Assembly (NCBI RefSeq): GCF_006345805.1
Contig: NC_043009.1
Location: forward strand, 38,440,001 to 38,504,000
Length of the DNA: 64,000 nucleotides
Direction: 5' to 3'
From: Octopus sinensis
Taxonomy: Eukaryota
Below the pieces are notes generated by a model. That model was given only the letters and a program-made list of their open reading frames with translations, had not been told where the DNA came from and ran no database searches. Shown here one piece after another: positions 26,986-39,575 of the stretch. How positions within the stretch are numbered: position 1 is the stretch's first letter; every line of letters begins with the position of its first letter. A program made the translations under genes and the position numbers.

Positions 26986-27034
26986 AAAACTATCTGACGG
27001 ACGGGAACGTGAAACTCCTGATTAACAGCTTTTG
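26986..27034 (+). ncRNA. Minimal type I hammerhead motif (right arm; core A9 to G)
   Basis: AAAACUAU-CUGACGG-ACG-ggaa-CGU-GAAA-CUCCUGAUUA-ACAGCUUUU. Confidence 0.55.
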
Positions 27035-27060
27035 TTATATTTCTGCTGCTTTTAAATAAA

Positions 27061-27094
<34 letters not shown>

Positions 27095-28139
27095 TACCAC
27101 AACATTCCTCTGTAATCCAGCACCACCACCATGTTCTGATATTGTCCTCCTCCCACGCCCATCATCACAAAATTCTGTTATCACCATCACTACAGACTGT
27201 TGTACACCACAATACTCCTCCTCTCCTTTAACTACGAAGCTCCACTTCAGTTCACTCCACTGACTCCCCACCCCTCCCCCTCCACCTCCAACGCCACCCC
27301 ACCACGGCTCGTAAATATTTTAGACGATATTGTTCCGACAGGGTTTATATTGTTATGAAGCTGTGGCAATAGGATCTGGCCCTTAATGCAGGTGAATGAC
27401 CTCCCATCATACCATTGTAATGGCATTTAAATATCTCATTGTTATATGGGTGGGGGGCATGTGGTAGAGCGGTTGTACTGGAAATCACCCAACCGTAAAT
27501 CTAGCTGATTCCCCCATTTATCTACGCAGCCCCCGTTTGCCGCACGTATCTCGAATACATCGTCCTTCCTCCTTAGGAAACAGAATATCTGTTTTCCCTG
27601 CGCTAATCTCATTAATAAGAAATAAATAAATTATTCGATGACATCCTGTTTCCTCTTGTTCACATACATATAGAAGGATTAAAATTTTTCTTAGCTTCCC
27701 TTGTTGCTTGTTCTAAGTCATACTTTTCATCTATTTTTGTTTTTTGTTATTCATTTCCCTTGTTTCAGTTGCTAGACTGCGGCCACACTGGAGCATCCGC
27801 TTGAAGGCTTTTTAAAATTATTATTATTATATATATTTTTTTGCTTTAGTCGAACAAATTGGTCTTGATACTTTTATTTTTATAGCCTGGTGATTGTTCT
27901 ATCGTTCTCTTTTGCCAAACTGCTAAGTTTCTGAAACGAAAACAAACCAAGACCGGTTGTCAAGCGGTGGGTAGCTGGGGTACTAAAACAAGCACAGACG
28001 TGGGGGAAGAAGACGAGAAGAAGAAAGTGGACAATAAATGGATGTAATTACTAATTGATCTGTATGTTACAAAAATATGACATTAAAAAAACCGTACAAA
28101 TAAATTGTGTACAATTTATATATATATATATGTATTTTA

Positions 28140-28512
28140 TTTTATTCTTCTTTTACTTGTTTCTGTCATTTAGACTGTGGCTATGCTGGAGCACCGCCTT
28201 TTAGTTGAACAAATCGATCCATGGTACTTATTCTATCGGTCTCTTTTGCTGAATCGTTATGGGGTCGTAAACATACCAACATCGGTTGACAAGTGATGGT
28301 AGTGGGGAGGCAAACTCACACAAACCAGGACAGACAAACGGATTAAATCGATTATATCGACCCAAGTGCGTAACTGGTACTTAATTTATCGACCCCGAAA
28401 GGATGAAAGGCAAAGTCGACCTCGGCGGAATTTGAACTCAGATCGTAACGGCAGACAAAATACCACTAAGCATTTCGCCCGGCGTGCTAACGTTTCTACC
28501 AGCTCGCCACCT
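28140..28512 (-). mobile_element. SINE D tail (28140-28318) abutting SINE C (28320-28512)
   Basis: Matches to family D tail and to family C head and body. Confidence 0.8.
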
Positions 28513-28595
28513 CTTACCATACAGCTACACGGGGAAAACATATTTCTACCAGCTTGCAAGCTTCTTATCATACGCCTGCGCCTATATGTATGTAC

Positions 28596-28632
<37 letters not shown>

Positions 28633-29169
28633 TGTATATACATGTGTGTGTGCGTGTGTGTGTGTGTGTATAAGTACCTGGAAGAGTAGAAAGCGTATTT
28701 CCAATGCAGCACTCAACATGAATTTTAGGCTAGCTACAGTGTCGGATTCCAGACTAATATCGAAATTCTTCAGGTGTAGATAATCCAGATTTCGCAAGAG
28801 TAACACTGCTGTATAGCTTAGCGAGGATAATCCACGCGAGAAGACAAAGAAAAATTTTAACATATCTTAAATGCGCAATTACAATTGTATCTGTACCAAT
28901 TCTGCTTTCATTACCAGTTGACGCAAAAGTTCCACGTGAAAATTTACGTAATATATGCGGGATTAAACACTAGCAGTTCACTTCGTCAGACCTGCATTAA
29001 AGGTGCGCGTTTACATTGATGTTGAGGAGATCGATAAATCGCTATAATCGTTGCTACTGGAAACCTAAAAATTCACAAGTTACGGGTGAAGGGTCATTGT
29101 TAACATAGTAGGAAGAATTGCAATATGGTGTAGATCGTAAATATTGGGCTTAACAGGACTATTCTTTAA

Positions 29170-29505
29170 TGAAGGTGCATGCCTCAGTGATTCGAGCGTT
29201 GGGCTTATAACAATTGTGAGGTTATCAGTTCGATTCCCAGATTGACCTGTGTGTTGTGTTCTTGAGCAAGATACTTTATTTAACATTTCTCCAATCCACT
29301 CAGCTGTAGAATTGAGTTGCGACGTCACTGGTGCCAAGCTGTATCCGGCCTTTGCCTTTCCTTTGGACAACACCGGTAGTGTGGAGAGCGGAGGCATGGT
29401 ATGTTTGGGCGACTGCTAATCTTCTACAAACAACCCTGCACGAGCTTGTTCCTCGGAACTTTCTTCTAGGTGCAATCCCATGGTCATTCACGACCGAAGG
29501 AGGTC
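29170..29505 (+). mobile_element. SINE family B, decayed
   Basis: Colinear with 13491-13825. Confidence 0.82.
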
Positions 29506-30599
29506 ATTACCCATTTTGACAGCAACGTAACAGGTACCGTTTTTTTTTTAAATGTTGCAGGAATCTCATGTTGTACACCTAAGAGTCATTTGAAGATGGA
29601 GAGGACCCTTATTTCAAGCGAGATGTATCAGGTCTCCACTATCATTCCAATATCACATTATTTTTTTTATGAGGCCACCAAAAAACACGATTTATTATAC
29701 AAAACTAACAGTAATGAATAGAATGAAAGCAGCGGTTGAAGAAAAAGCCTTAACTATTTTCTGAGATGTTTACGATCTGAACTGGGACAGCAATATCTGA
29801 ACTCGAACAGCCACTTGCGATGACTCGGCAAACTTAGATAATTTGTTTTCTTTAATATATTTTGAGACATTGCAGTAAGACACATTCGAAGTGTGTACAT
29901 GTTTGAGACACTTTATGTATATTAAGACGTTTTTGTACTCTATTCCATTAGAAGATGGACTTTGTGGAGCTCTGGTTGTAATTCACAATCCAGGCTTTCC
30001 CAACATGTCTATCACATACGACCGGATCTAGCTACTCTACAACAACCGGTGCGTTGAATACGAATTAAAAGGGATTTTGATCAGCCTTTGAATATTCTTG
30101 TCGTCAAATAATTCCAAGCGGAGAAATCGACTGAAGCACCACTGCGGTTACTAAACAAACTAAGAATTTTATCGTTTAGTAACCACGTGGTTTCGGGCTT
30201 GACGCCACTACATAGCACGCTTGGTAAGAGTCTTCTGCCACAACCCCGTTTTGATCGACGGTTTGTGTTTTGTGACCTGGGTGAAATTTGATTGACGTAA
30301 ACTGAAAGGAAGTGTTTCCTATTCTTGCGTGACAGTTTTAAACCGTCACCTGGTTTAACAACCTTCATCTAATCCTTTGATGCTTTTAGCAGAGTCCACT
30401 GTGTATTGCCATTGAAAAGGATAAAGATTACCATTTTAATTTAGATCAAGAAAAAGTAGCCATAGTCTTCTCTACACTTTGCTGATTACACACACGCAGA
30501 CATACACATACACAAGTACACAGACGCACGTATATACACGCATACATGTATGCAAGTCTTCATGCATACATGCATATATATATATAAGTATATGAGTGT

Positions 30600-30646
30600 A
30601 TAGACATATATATATATACATATATATGCATACACATATATAACAA

Positions 30647-30740
<94 letters not shown>

Positions 30741-30760
30741 TATATATATGTATATGTATG
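30600..30760. repeat. Long (TA)n-rich array
   Basis: Direct reading. Confidence 0.95.
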
Positions 30761-30927
30761 TATGTATATAACTATCTATCTATCTCTCTCTCTCTCTATC
30801 TATATATATATATCAAGAAACATATATATATATATATCAAGAAACATATATAGATATGTGTGTATACATCTATGTATGCCTTTGTGTGTAAGTATATATA
30901 TATATACATACATAATACATACATACA

Positions 30928-31024
<97 letters not shown>

Positions 31025-31975
31025 CATACGCGCGTACACCCGTGTGCATATATTGGGATTGATATATCCAACTACCTGTGAACGTATTTTAATTTTGTCA
31101 GCAATTATGTGACTACAGTCAATCTGCTTTTTTTTTTATATGTGCTGTTATATTATCAATATTCTTGGGGACGGGGATGGGGGAGGGGGGGAAGCGATTC
31201 AATTGTACATAAAACCATTTTAATTTCAAAGAAATATCGCAATTTTTTTTAAGGAAACATTTCAATATTAATGTTTCTTTCGATAATGTTGATTTATGTA
31301 TTTTTATTTGTATTTACTTAATATTATGAATATGCCGCATATTTTTTTTTTTTCATGAATTCGTAGGAATCCTTTCAGTAGCGTGTTTCGCAATGTTCTT
31401 ACGTATAACAAATTATATTTAGCTATACGTAAGAACAGAATTCCGCGAGTTCGCTACATATGGTATATTCGTTACATTCTTATCACTAACTCGCTGCCAT
31501 ATAACATGATATATTGCCGAAGCAATCATGGACTTATACCGTTTCGGTTTGACAATTATTTTGTAAGGATTCTTCGAACCCATTGAAAAATATTCTCGAA
31601 AATTCTTTGGCAACTTTAAAACTTTCTTTTATAAGAAAAAATCTATTCTTCCTCATTAAATTTTGCTGCAAAAAACATTTCTTTCCTAAATTTCATGGTG
31701 GTTAATAACCTGATAAAAATTCTGAACATTGTTTCCGACCGTGAAGACAGCGTAGATAGTAGAGATTAACGGAAGTTTATTGTTGGTAAAAATGTTGCTG
31801 TCAATAACAAAGACACTGACAATGTTTAACATTTTTAGTTCGTAACTACTGAAGATTCCATCGCTTAGTAAGAGTTATAAAAGCAAAACCCATAATCCTT
31901 TTCAGGGACTATTAGAAAATAGGGAAGAAAGGAGTAAGTTTATTTTCGAATTGGAGCCTTGGTCAAGATGCCTAC

Positions 31976-33525
31976 AACAGAGTGGACTCTGCTAAAAGCA
32001 CAGAAGGATCAGATAAAGGTTGAGTCTATTTATTACCCAAGTATAGGACAGGCGAGGATTTGGGTCTATTTATCACCCAAGAATAGAACAGTTCTGTCCG
32101 ATAAGCTTCCTCTAAGGTCCCACAACCCGCAAGGCCATAAAGCTTTGGTCAAGTTGAGGCTGTGCTGAAAAACTATATATCGGCTAGATGTGATCTATGT
32201 CTCGCGCCCATACTTGATAATAGAAACACACAATGCTTGGTAGAAGAGAACCTCAGTAAGGTAACTAAGATGGTTGTTTAGAAAGAGCCTGTCTTTGAGC
32301 CTTCTAGAGTTTGGAATCGATTCATCTCGTGTGGAATCACTGGAAATGATGCCTGATCAAATATAGGAATGGCGAATGTGTGGATAGTTGTTGCAGTTGT
32401 ACTGAGAAAACTGGGAAGGAGAGAGAGGGCCACAGTGTATCATAGAGAAACGACCCCAGTTTTAATGAGAGTTAACTTTCAAGCCTATTTTTGTATAGTC
32501 TGTAACAGCTGAGATTTTGTTCCTATGGGCTTCGGGAATGTGAGCTACCAGAGCACAGTCATTACCACATTGTAATTTTATTATAATTTCAGATCTGAGT
32601 TTAGTGATGGTGAAAAGCCCCCTGTTGAGTTGAAAATTTATAGTAACACAGTGGTCAAACAGATGAGGAAATTATTAAACATACGGGGGCCAGCATACAA
32701 TGTTATCTGGCCCCTTTCTTTCATACATTAAGGGGTTCTTATTTCTAAATTTCCTTCATAGCTCGGTCCATCGTTCCTATGTGAAACAAGCGTAAGAGAT
32801 TCATGAATTTTGGCTGGCAAAGTTTCTGGTAACATCCGGCAGACGTCCCTCGTACCTTATGTGAAAAACTTTTGATACTTTCATAAATGCAGTGTATAAG
32901 TTTTGGAGTTCTTCACTTCAATTTTCCTAAAGTCTTGTAACGCAAAACTGGTCTCTGTACTTCGGTCCCTGCAGAAATCATACATGGCTGAAGGGAAAAC
33001 TCATTAAAATGTTTCCAGTATCAAGGTTCCAGTTCAGAAGTTTTCGCAGTGTGTAGTGACCTTTTGGTCACCACTAATTCTAGTTGCACTCAAGACTACG
33101 ATGGTATAACCTGCCAAGACTCTTAGTTATGGAGCAAACAGCAGAAGAAGCACTTGCCGCTATAGGACATGGAGGAGGACTAGCCACTAGATAGTGTCAC
33201 ATAGATCCACTGAAACAGCCATTTTTGACTCGGAGAGAAATTCAAAACGATTTGAAAAATGCCGGAATTGAAGTAAGTAAGGTTACGATTAAGAGATCAC
33301 TGAATCGTACAATCCTGTATTCTAGATCACCAAGAAAGACTCCACTATTAAAACGTAACAGCCCTGAGGTCACATAAACTAGTCCGCCTGTTTAAGGTTT
33401 GAAGAGAGCCTCTGCCTCAGAAGTAACTCGGGAGAATTTTAAACAAGGAGAGAAATCAGTGAATAAATTCATGAAAGGCAACAGGAAGCCACAGCCTAAA
33501 TTTTCAGACTCTAATATGGAGGAGA
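31976..33525 (-). mobile_element. Decayed RTE-clade LINE (RT domain to 3' end)
   Basis: Minus frames give FCRDRST, KFMNLLRLFH (32781-32810), CMLAPV, LQCGNDCALVAH (a YADD relic, 32540-32575) and RRLKDRLF...KYGRET, in RT order, with many frameshifts. Confidence 0.8.
33212..33355 (+). mobile_element. 144 bp internal Tc1 transposase fragment embedded in the RTE
   Basis: 138 of 144 identical to 34541-34684. Confidence 0.93.
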
Positions 33526-33707
33526 CACACACACACACACACACAGTGCGTAGCAAAAGTATTTAACACATCGGTTTTTTATAAATTTCACAATAATAAA
33601 ATCGTTCAATTTGAATGATACTTACACTTCAAATATTTTAATGAACGTTGTCTAACTAAACATAGAAGAAAATTGAGAAACACTGTTTTATGTACTTTTA
33701 TTACCAA

Positions 33708-34091
33708 CTAGCAGTATCGCCCGGCGTTGCTCGGGTTTGTAAGGGAAATAACTATAAAGCATTTTTAGAGAGTTATAGCTAAAAAATAGCAAAAAAATGG
33801 GAAAAAAATTATGGTAAATTTTTTTTGAGAGTAAAAAAGGTCGAGTTGCGTCCCCTAGACAGTCTGTGGTTTGTGTTTCTGATTCTCGACCCCATGTCGA
33901 ATTTATCGATTTTTTTCAGAACTGGGGGAACTTTTCAAAATTTTCGCTGCGTTAGTTTTGAATTATGACATTGGGCTATGTGTGTGTCAAGTTTCATCAG
34001 AATTGGTTGAAAGCCGTGGTCAGGGTGAGGGTACAAGCTAACAGACACACAGAGACACACACAGACAAACTGCCGTTTATATAGAGAGAGA
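33708..34091 (-). mobile_element. Non-autonomous Helitron (body type 1) inserted in the left Tc1 TIR
   Basis: Minus strand A|TCTCTC...gggcgatactgCTAG|T. The right TIR shows the empty site ttaccaa|ttttcgaa; no TSD. Confidence 0.92.
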
Positions 34092-34310
34092 TTTTCGAAT
34101 TTGACTGTGTGCAAAGGTATTTAACACCTATACAAATAATGCGGTAAAAAGGGTATTTTAAAACTATTTTCAGTTATTTTGATATGGTTTGTACTCAACC
34201 AATCACAGGTTGTCTTCAATATAGGTATTAACCAAGCACGCCGTCTATTGGCACATAGTAATAACAGGTCTGATACACTACAGACTGTTCCGATATCTAA
34301 ACTTATAAAA

Positions 34311-35330
34311 ATGGCTAAAACAAAAGAATTGTCAAATGATATGCAACAGAAGATCATAAAGCTGCAGTAAGATGGTAAGGGGTATCGGAATTTGCTCAAG
34401 ATTTAAATTTGCTTGTGTGTACAGTTGGTACTGTTGTTCGAAAGTGGGAAAAAATATTATACTACTGAAAATATTGAAAGGATTGGTCGTAAGCGTAAAT
34501 TAAACGAGGTTACTGAACGATATATTGCCCGGAATGTTTAGAAACAGCCATTTTTGACTCGAAGAGAAATTCAAAACGATTTAAAAAATGCCGGAATTGA
34601 AGTAAGTAAGGTTACGATTAAGAGATCACTCAATCGTACAACCCTGTATTATAGACCACCAAGAAAGACTCCACTATTAAAACGCAAACACGTGCAAGAC
34701 CGTTTGAAATTTGTTACAAAGTATGAACACGAATCAGATGAATTCTGGAAGAAGGTTATTTGGTCAAATGAAACGAAAATTGAGCTTTTCGGGAGAAACA
34801 TGTGCATCCAAGTATGGAGGGAAAAAGGAACTGAATACAACCCAGTAAACACCATCCCCAAAGTGAAATATGGGGGTGGAAGTGTAATGATTTGGGGTTG
34901 TTTTTCTTATAATGGAGATGGAGAAATGGAAGTCATCGAAAGAAGAATGAATGCAGCAAAATACAAGCAAATCTTATCAACCCATCTATTAAAAAGTGCA
35001 ACAGCTTTGGGGTTTGACCGAGATTTTGTATTCCAGCAGGACAACTATCCAAACCATAGGTCTAAAATAACTCAACAATGGTTCAATGAAAATGGAATTG
35101 ATGTTCTGGAATGGCGTAGCCAGTCACCGGATCTGAATCCAATAGAAAATTTATGGAAAAAGTTGAAGTTGAGTGTACACGCAATAGATCCCCAAAATAT
35201 CAAGGAACTGGAGAAAGTCTGTGAAGAATGGGTGAAACTGCCAAAAGAATGAGTGGAACTGCCAGAAACTCGTTGAAAACTACAGAAAACGACTAGAGGC
35301 TGTAAGGCAGAGGATATGCTACTAAATAGT
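34311..35330 (+). pseudogene. Tc1 transposase pseudogene
   Basis: MAKTKELSND..., then a stop and frameshift; WSNETKIELFG (first catalytic D to N), QQDN, SPDLNPIENLW. 34 residues separate the second D and the E. Confidence 0.93.
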
Positions 35331-36469
35331 AACAAATCGTGTTAAATACGTCTGCATACAGTCAAATTCGAAAATTGGTAATAAAAGTACAGAAAGACGT
35401 TTCTCAATTTTCCTCTATGTTTCTCAATTTTCCTCTCAATTTTCCTCTAGACAATGTTCATTAAAATATTTGAAGTAAGTATCATTCAAATTGAACGATT
35501 TTATTATTGTGAAATTTATAAAAAACCGATGTGTTAAATACTTTTGCTACCCACTGTGTGTATATATATATACACAAACATACGTACACGCACACACACA
35601 CAGGCATATATATATATATATATACATACAAAGGTATGTATGTATATTTATATATTACACCACACACACACACACATACTCACACGTAACGAATGCCTTG
35701 TGTAAAATTCTGGTTCCTTTTGGGGCGTTGCTGACAAGGTACAAGTTTCTGTCAAACTTGTTGCTTATTTCAACAAACATCTACATCTTACAACTCTTAC
35801 ATACTTTGAGTCTGTCCATGTTATTATTCTATATATGGTATATATATGCATGTATATAAGACATGTGTGCTTGTGTGTGTATATGTGTGTGTGTGCTGGC
35901 TCGTGCATACATGTGTACATGTGTATAACGCTCTATACGTCTCTATATGCTATAACGCTATATACCTTATAATACTATGTATCACTGCTTGTTTGACTGA
36001 CTGTCTCAGTAAATATGCGCGGAATAGTTCATGTTGTTGACAGATTCGGATCTAAATAACCCGATCCAGTTCCCTTTTGTGACCCAGATTTGAAAAAAAA
36101 ATGGGGGAGAACTGGGAAACTAAGCTAATGTTAACCAGTTTATTGACATATAGATATTTCTAGAAGTTCGGTCAACAATTGGTTTATATGATAATGTGGC
36201 TCCAGCTTCAGGCGTCTAAACTTTCGCTCCGTTCTTTAATGACACATAAATATTTTTCATTCTATTAGGCATCTATTTTTATAGTGCTTATTTTTACGCG
36301 CCTAGTTTTATGCAAAACAATCTTTCGTGATTTGCAATTCTGTTCTATATTATACTGTCTCCTCTCGTCAGATATATTGGTAATTCTTCGTCAAAAAGAC
36401 GAATAGATATTATGTATATATGTGCCTATCTTTTACTCTTTCCAGCTCTGTATATATGTGTGCGTGTAT

Positions 36470-36706
36470 GTATGTATTTCGGTCATATTATGCGGAGAGA
36501 ATCCCTGTAGAAGGACATCATGCTCGGAATGGTCAGTGGTAAGAGAGGAAGAGGCCGACCAAGAACCCGCTGGCTTGACACCATCAGGAGTGATACCGGA
36601 ATGGACATGGCCAGTCTGAAGGAAGCGGCCCAGGATAGAACTGACTGGAGAACACTGATCCAACGAGTGACCGATAGTTGACTTCGACTGAGCGGATAGA
36701 GAGAGC

Positions 36707-36737
<31 letters not shown>

Positions 36738-36783
36738 TGTATGTATGTATGTATGTATGTATGTATGTATGTATGTATGTATG

Positions 36784-36822
<39 letters not shown>

Positions 36823-37156
36823 ATGTATGTGTGTGTGTATGTATGTATGTATGTATGTATGTATGTATGTATGTATGTATGTATGTATGTGTATGTGTAT
36901 ATATATGTATTTATTATATATTTACAACCAAACACACGTACGCACGTGTGCGCACATACGTACATAATCCTGCTCGGAATGGTCAGTGGCAAGAGAGGAA
37001 GTGGCCGACCAAGAACCCGATGGCTTGACACCATCAAGAGTGATACCGGAATGGACATGGCCAGTCTGAAGGAAGCGGCCCAGGATAGAACTGACTGGAG
37101 GACACTGATCCAACGAGTGACCGAGAGTTGACTTCGACTGAGCGGATAGAGAGAGA

Positions 37157-37187
<31 letters not shown>

Positions 37188-37319
37188 TGTATGTATGTAT
37201 GTATGTATGTATGTATGTATGTATGTATGTATGTGTGTGTGTGTGTATGTATGTGTGTGTGTGTGTATGTATGTATTTATGTATGTATGTATGTATGTAT
37301 GTATGTGTGTGTGTATGTA

Positions 37320-37350
<31 letters not shown>

Positions 37351-37468
37351 ATGTATGTATGTATGTATGTATGTATGTATGTATGTATGTGTGTATATAT
37401 ATTTATTTATTATATATTTACAACCAAACACACGTACGCACGTGTGCGCACATATCTACATATTCTGA
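36470..37468 (+). mobile_element. RTE LINE 3' end, tandemly duplicated with its microsatellite tail (period 450 bp)
   Basis: YFGHIMRRESL*KDIMLGMVSGKRGRGRPRTRWLDTI...; units start at 36521 and 36971. Confidence 0.9.
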
Positions 37469-38054
37469 AAGTGGTGAACAAAACAAAAAGTAAACCAACA
37501 ATACAGGAAGTACAAGTTCCAACACATTCCATTATTCTAACACTTTATGTGCATATATGTAAATATACATTCATACGTACATACATACATACATACATAC
37601 ATACATACATGCATACATACATACATACATACATGCATACATACATACATACATACGTAATTATACATTTAGTACAGATATATGTGTGTGTATTTACATA
37701 AATAAATAAATATACATATTTATATATATTTAGCAATTAAGGACAACTACTTAATAAGGAAAACTTAACAAGAAATTGTCAGGTAGATAGCGTGAAAACC
37801 TCATAAGAGAATAAATTTCGAAAATAATATTTTATTGAACATATTAATTTATATATAGAGGGCATTATACATACATGCCAGAGAGCATTATACATACATG
37901 CCACATATACATAATATATATATGTGTGTTGTTGAGTGTAGAAATTCGGGGTGGTACTTGATAATAATTAAAGCTTTGTATACCGTTTGGTGGTGTAGGT
38001 GGTGAGTAAATTGATCAAAATAAAATAAAAATAAAACATGAGGCGAAGGATTCA

Positions 38055-38131
38055 GCGGTACATGTTTCCGGGCCTTTATTAGACAGATTCATAACAAATC
38101 ATAATGTATGTCTGTGGCCTTCTTCAGCCGC
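38055..38131 (-). ncRNA. Type I hammerhead motif with palindromic stem III and long stem II
   Basis: GCGG-CUGAAGA-a-GGCC-ACAGA...UCUGU-cuaauaaa-GGCC-cg-GAAACAUGUA-CCGC. Confidence 0.65.
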
Positions 38132-38253
38132 GCACAACAGCTCCACAAGGAAACATGTGTTACTTCCGAAATTCTTGTTGGGGATGCAAATCTTCTCGTT
38201 CCCGTACGACATATGCGCAGCAGCATCGATTGATCGTCATCCCTTTCTTCTCT

Positions 38254-38302
<49 letters not shown>

Positions 38303-38574
38303 GGGGGGTATCACGTATATATATTTATGTATTTCGACTAACCTAACGACCTATTTATTTATTTATTGTTCATAACAACCTATATTTTATAGTCAGTTTA
38401 TTTATATGGGAATACATATCAAAAATAACGTAAACCGATAAATAATAAACACACAAGGTAATTGTAACCACATACATAACAACGACTTAACTGTTTTCAA
38501 TTTTCTGTATTTTAAAACTATATTGGAATTTTTGCAAGCAAAATCCGATCATGCCAACAAACACCAACACCGGT

Positions 38575-38710
38575 ACCACCACCATCACCACCACCACCAC
38601 TAATAATAATAATAATACTAATAATAATAACAATAATAATGATGATGATGATGATGATTATGATAATATAATAATAATAATAATGATAATAATGATGATG
38701 ATGGATAATC

Positions 38711-38749
<39 letters not shown>

Positions 38750-38880
38750 TAATAAGATATAATAATAATGATATAATAATATGATGTGATGATTATGATA
38801 ATAATAATAATGATAATAATGATGATGATAATAATAATAATATAATGATGATATAATAATAATAATAATAAATAATAATA

Positions 38881-38915
<35 letters not shown>

Positions 38916-39052
38916 GAAGAAAAGAAGAAGAAGAAGAAGAAGAAGAAGAGAAAAGAAAAAAGAGAAGAAGAAGAAAAGAGAAGAAGAAGAAGAAGAAGAG
39001 AAGAAAAGAAGAAGAAGAAAGAAGAAGAAGAAGAAGAAGAAGAAGAAGAAGA
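38575..39052. repeat. Long compound triplet array (CAC/AAT/GAT/AAG)
   Basis: Direct reading. Confidence 0.95.
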
Positions 39053-39379
39053 CATATAGGAATGATAAGAATAATGATACTAGCAACTGAAGCCATCCCC
39101 AAATATGCTATAAGCTGACCACCACGTTTGCTCATCAAGTTCTAGATGAGTTCAACCATGAGATATGTGGAAGTGTTTATTATGTGGATGAGATGAAATA
39201 AATAAAAAAAAATATTTAAAAAATGTTGCCGGAGCAATAATAGGCTTGTTGAAACGTTACTAATCCGAAACAGCTTTTAACATTAATCTCCTCCGTTGTT
39301 TTTCATAATCAAATGAAAATCAGTCAAATGGAAAGCCAAATACATTTTTCTAATCGAAATCATTACTCTGAGCCGTAGT

Positions 39380-39431
39380 GTTGTCTACTACTACAAATAC
39401 TACTACTACTACTACTTCTACTACTACTACT

Positions 39432-39465
<34 letters not shown>

Positions 39466-39480
39466 CACCCCACAAGACCC

Positions 39481-39513
<33 letters not shown>

Positions 39514-39543
39514 TTACTACTACTACTACCCCCCACAAGAACC

Positions 39544-39575
<32 letters not shown>
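39380..39575. repeat. (CTA)n array with duplicated ccccacaaga(a/c)ccct spacer
   Basis: Spacer at ~39467 and ~39531. Confidence 0.9.

Larger units (their letters stand above)
26828..27064. mobile_element. Foldback Penelope-like terminal element with two divergent hammerhead motifs
   Basis: Inverted arms at ~26898-26975 and ~26986-27064, each containing an HHR core. Confidence 0.7.
33544..35556 (+). mobile_element. Tc1-like transposon (DD34E, ~200 bp IR/DR TIRs), ~1.63 kb without the Helitron
   Basis: TIR cagtgcgtagcaaaagtatttaacacatcgg / ccgatgtgttaaatacttttgctacccactg. The direct repeat gtatttaacac is at the outer and inner end of each TIR. Flanks are CA/TG runs, with no clean TA TSD. Confidence 0.93.
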
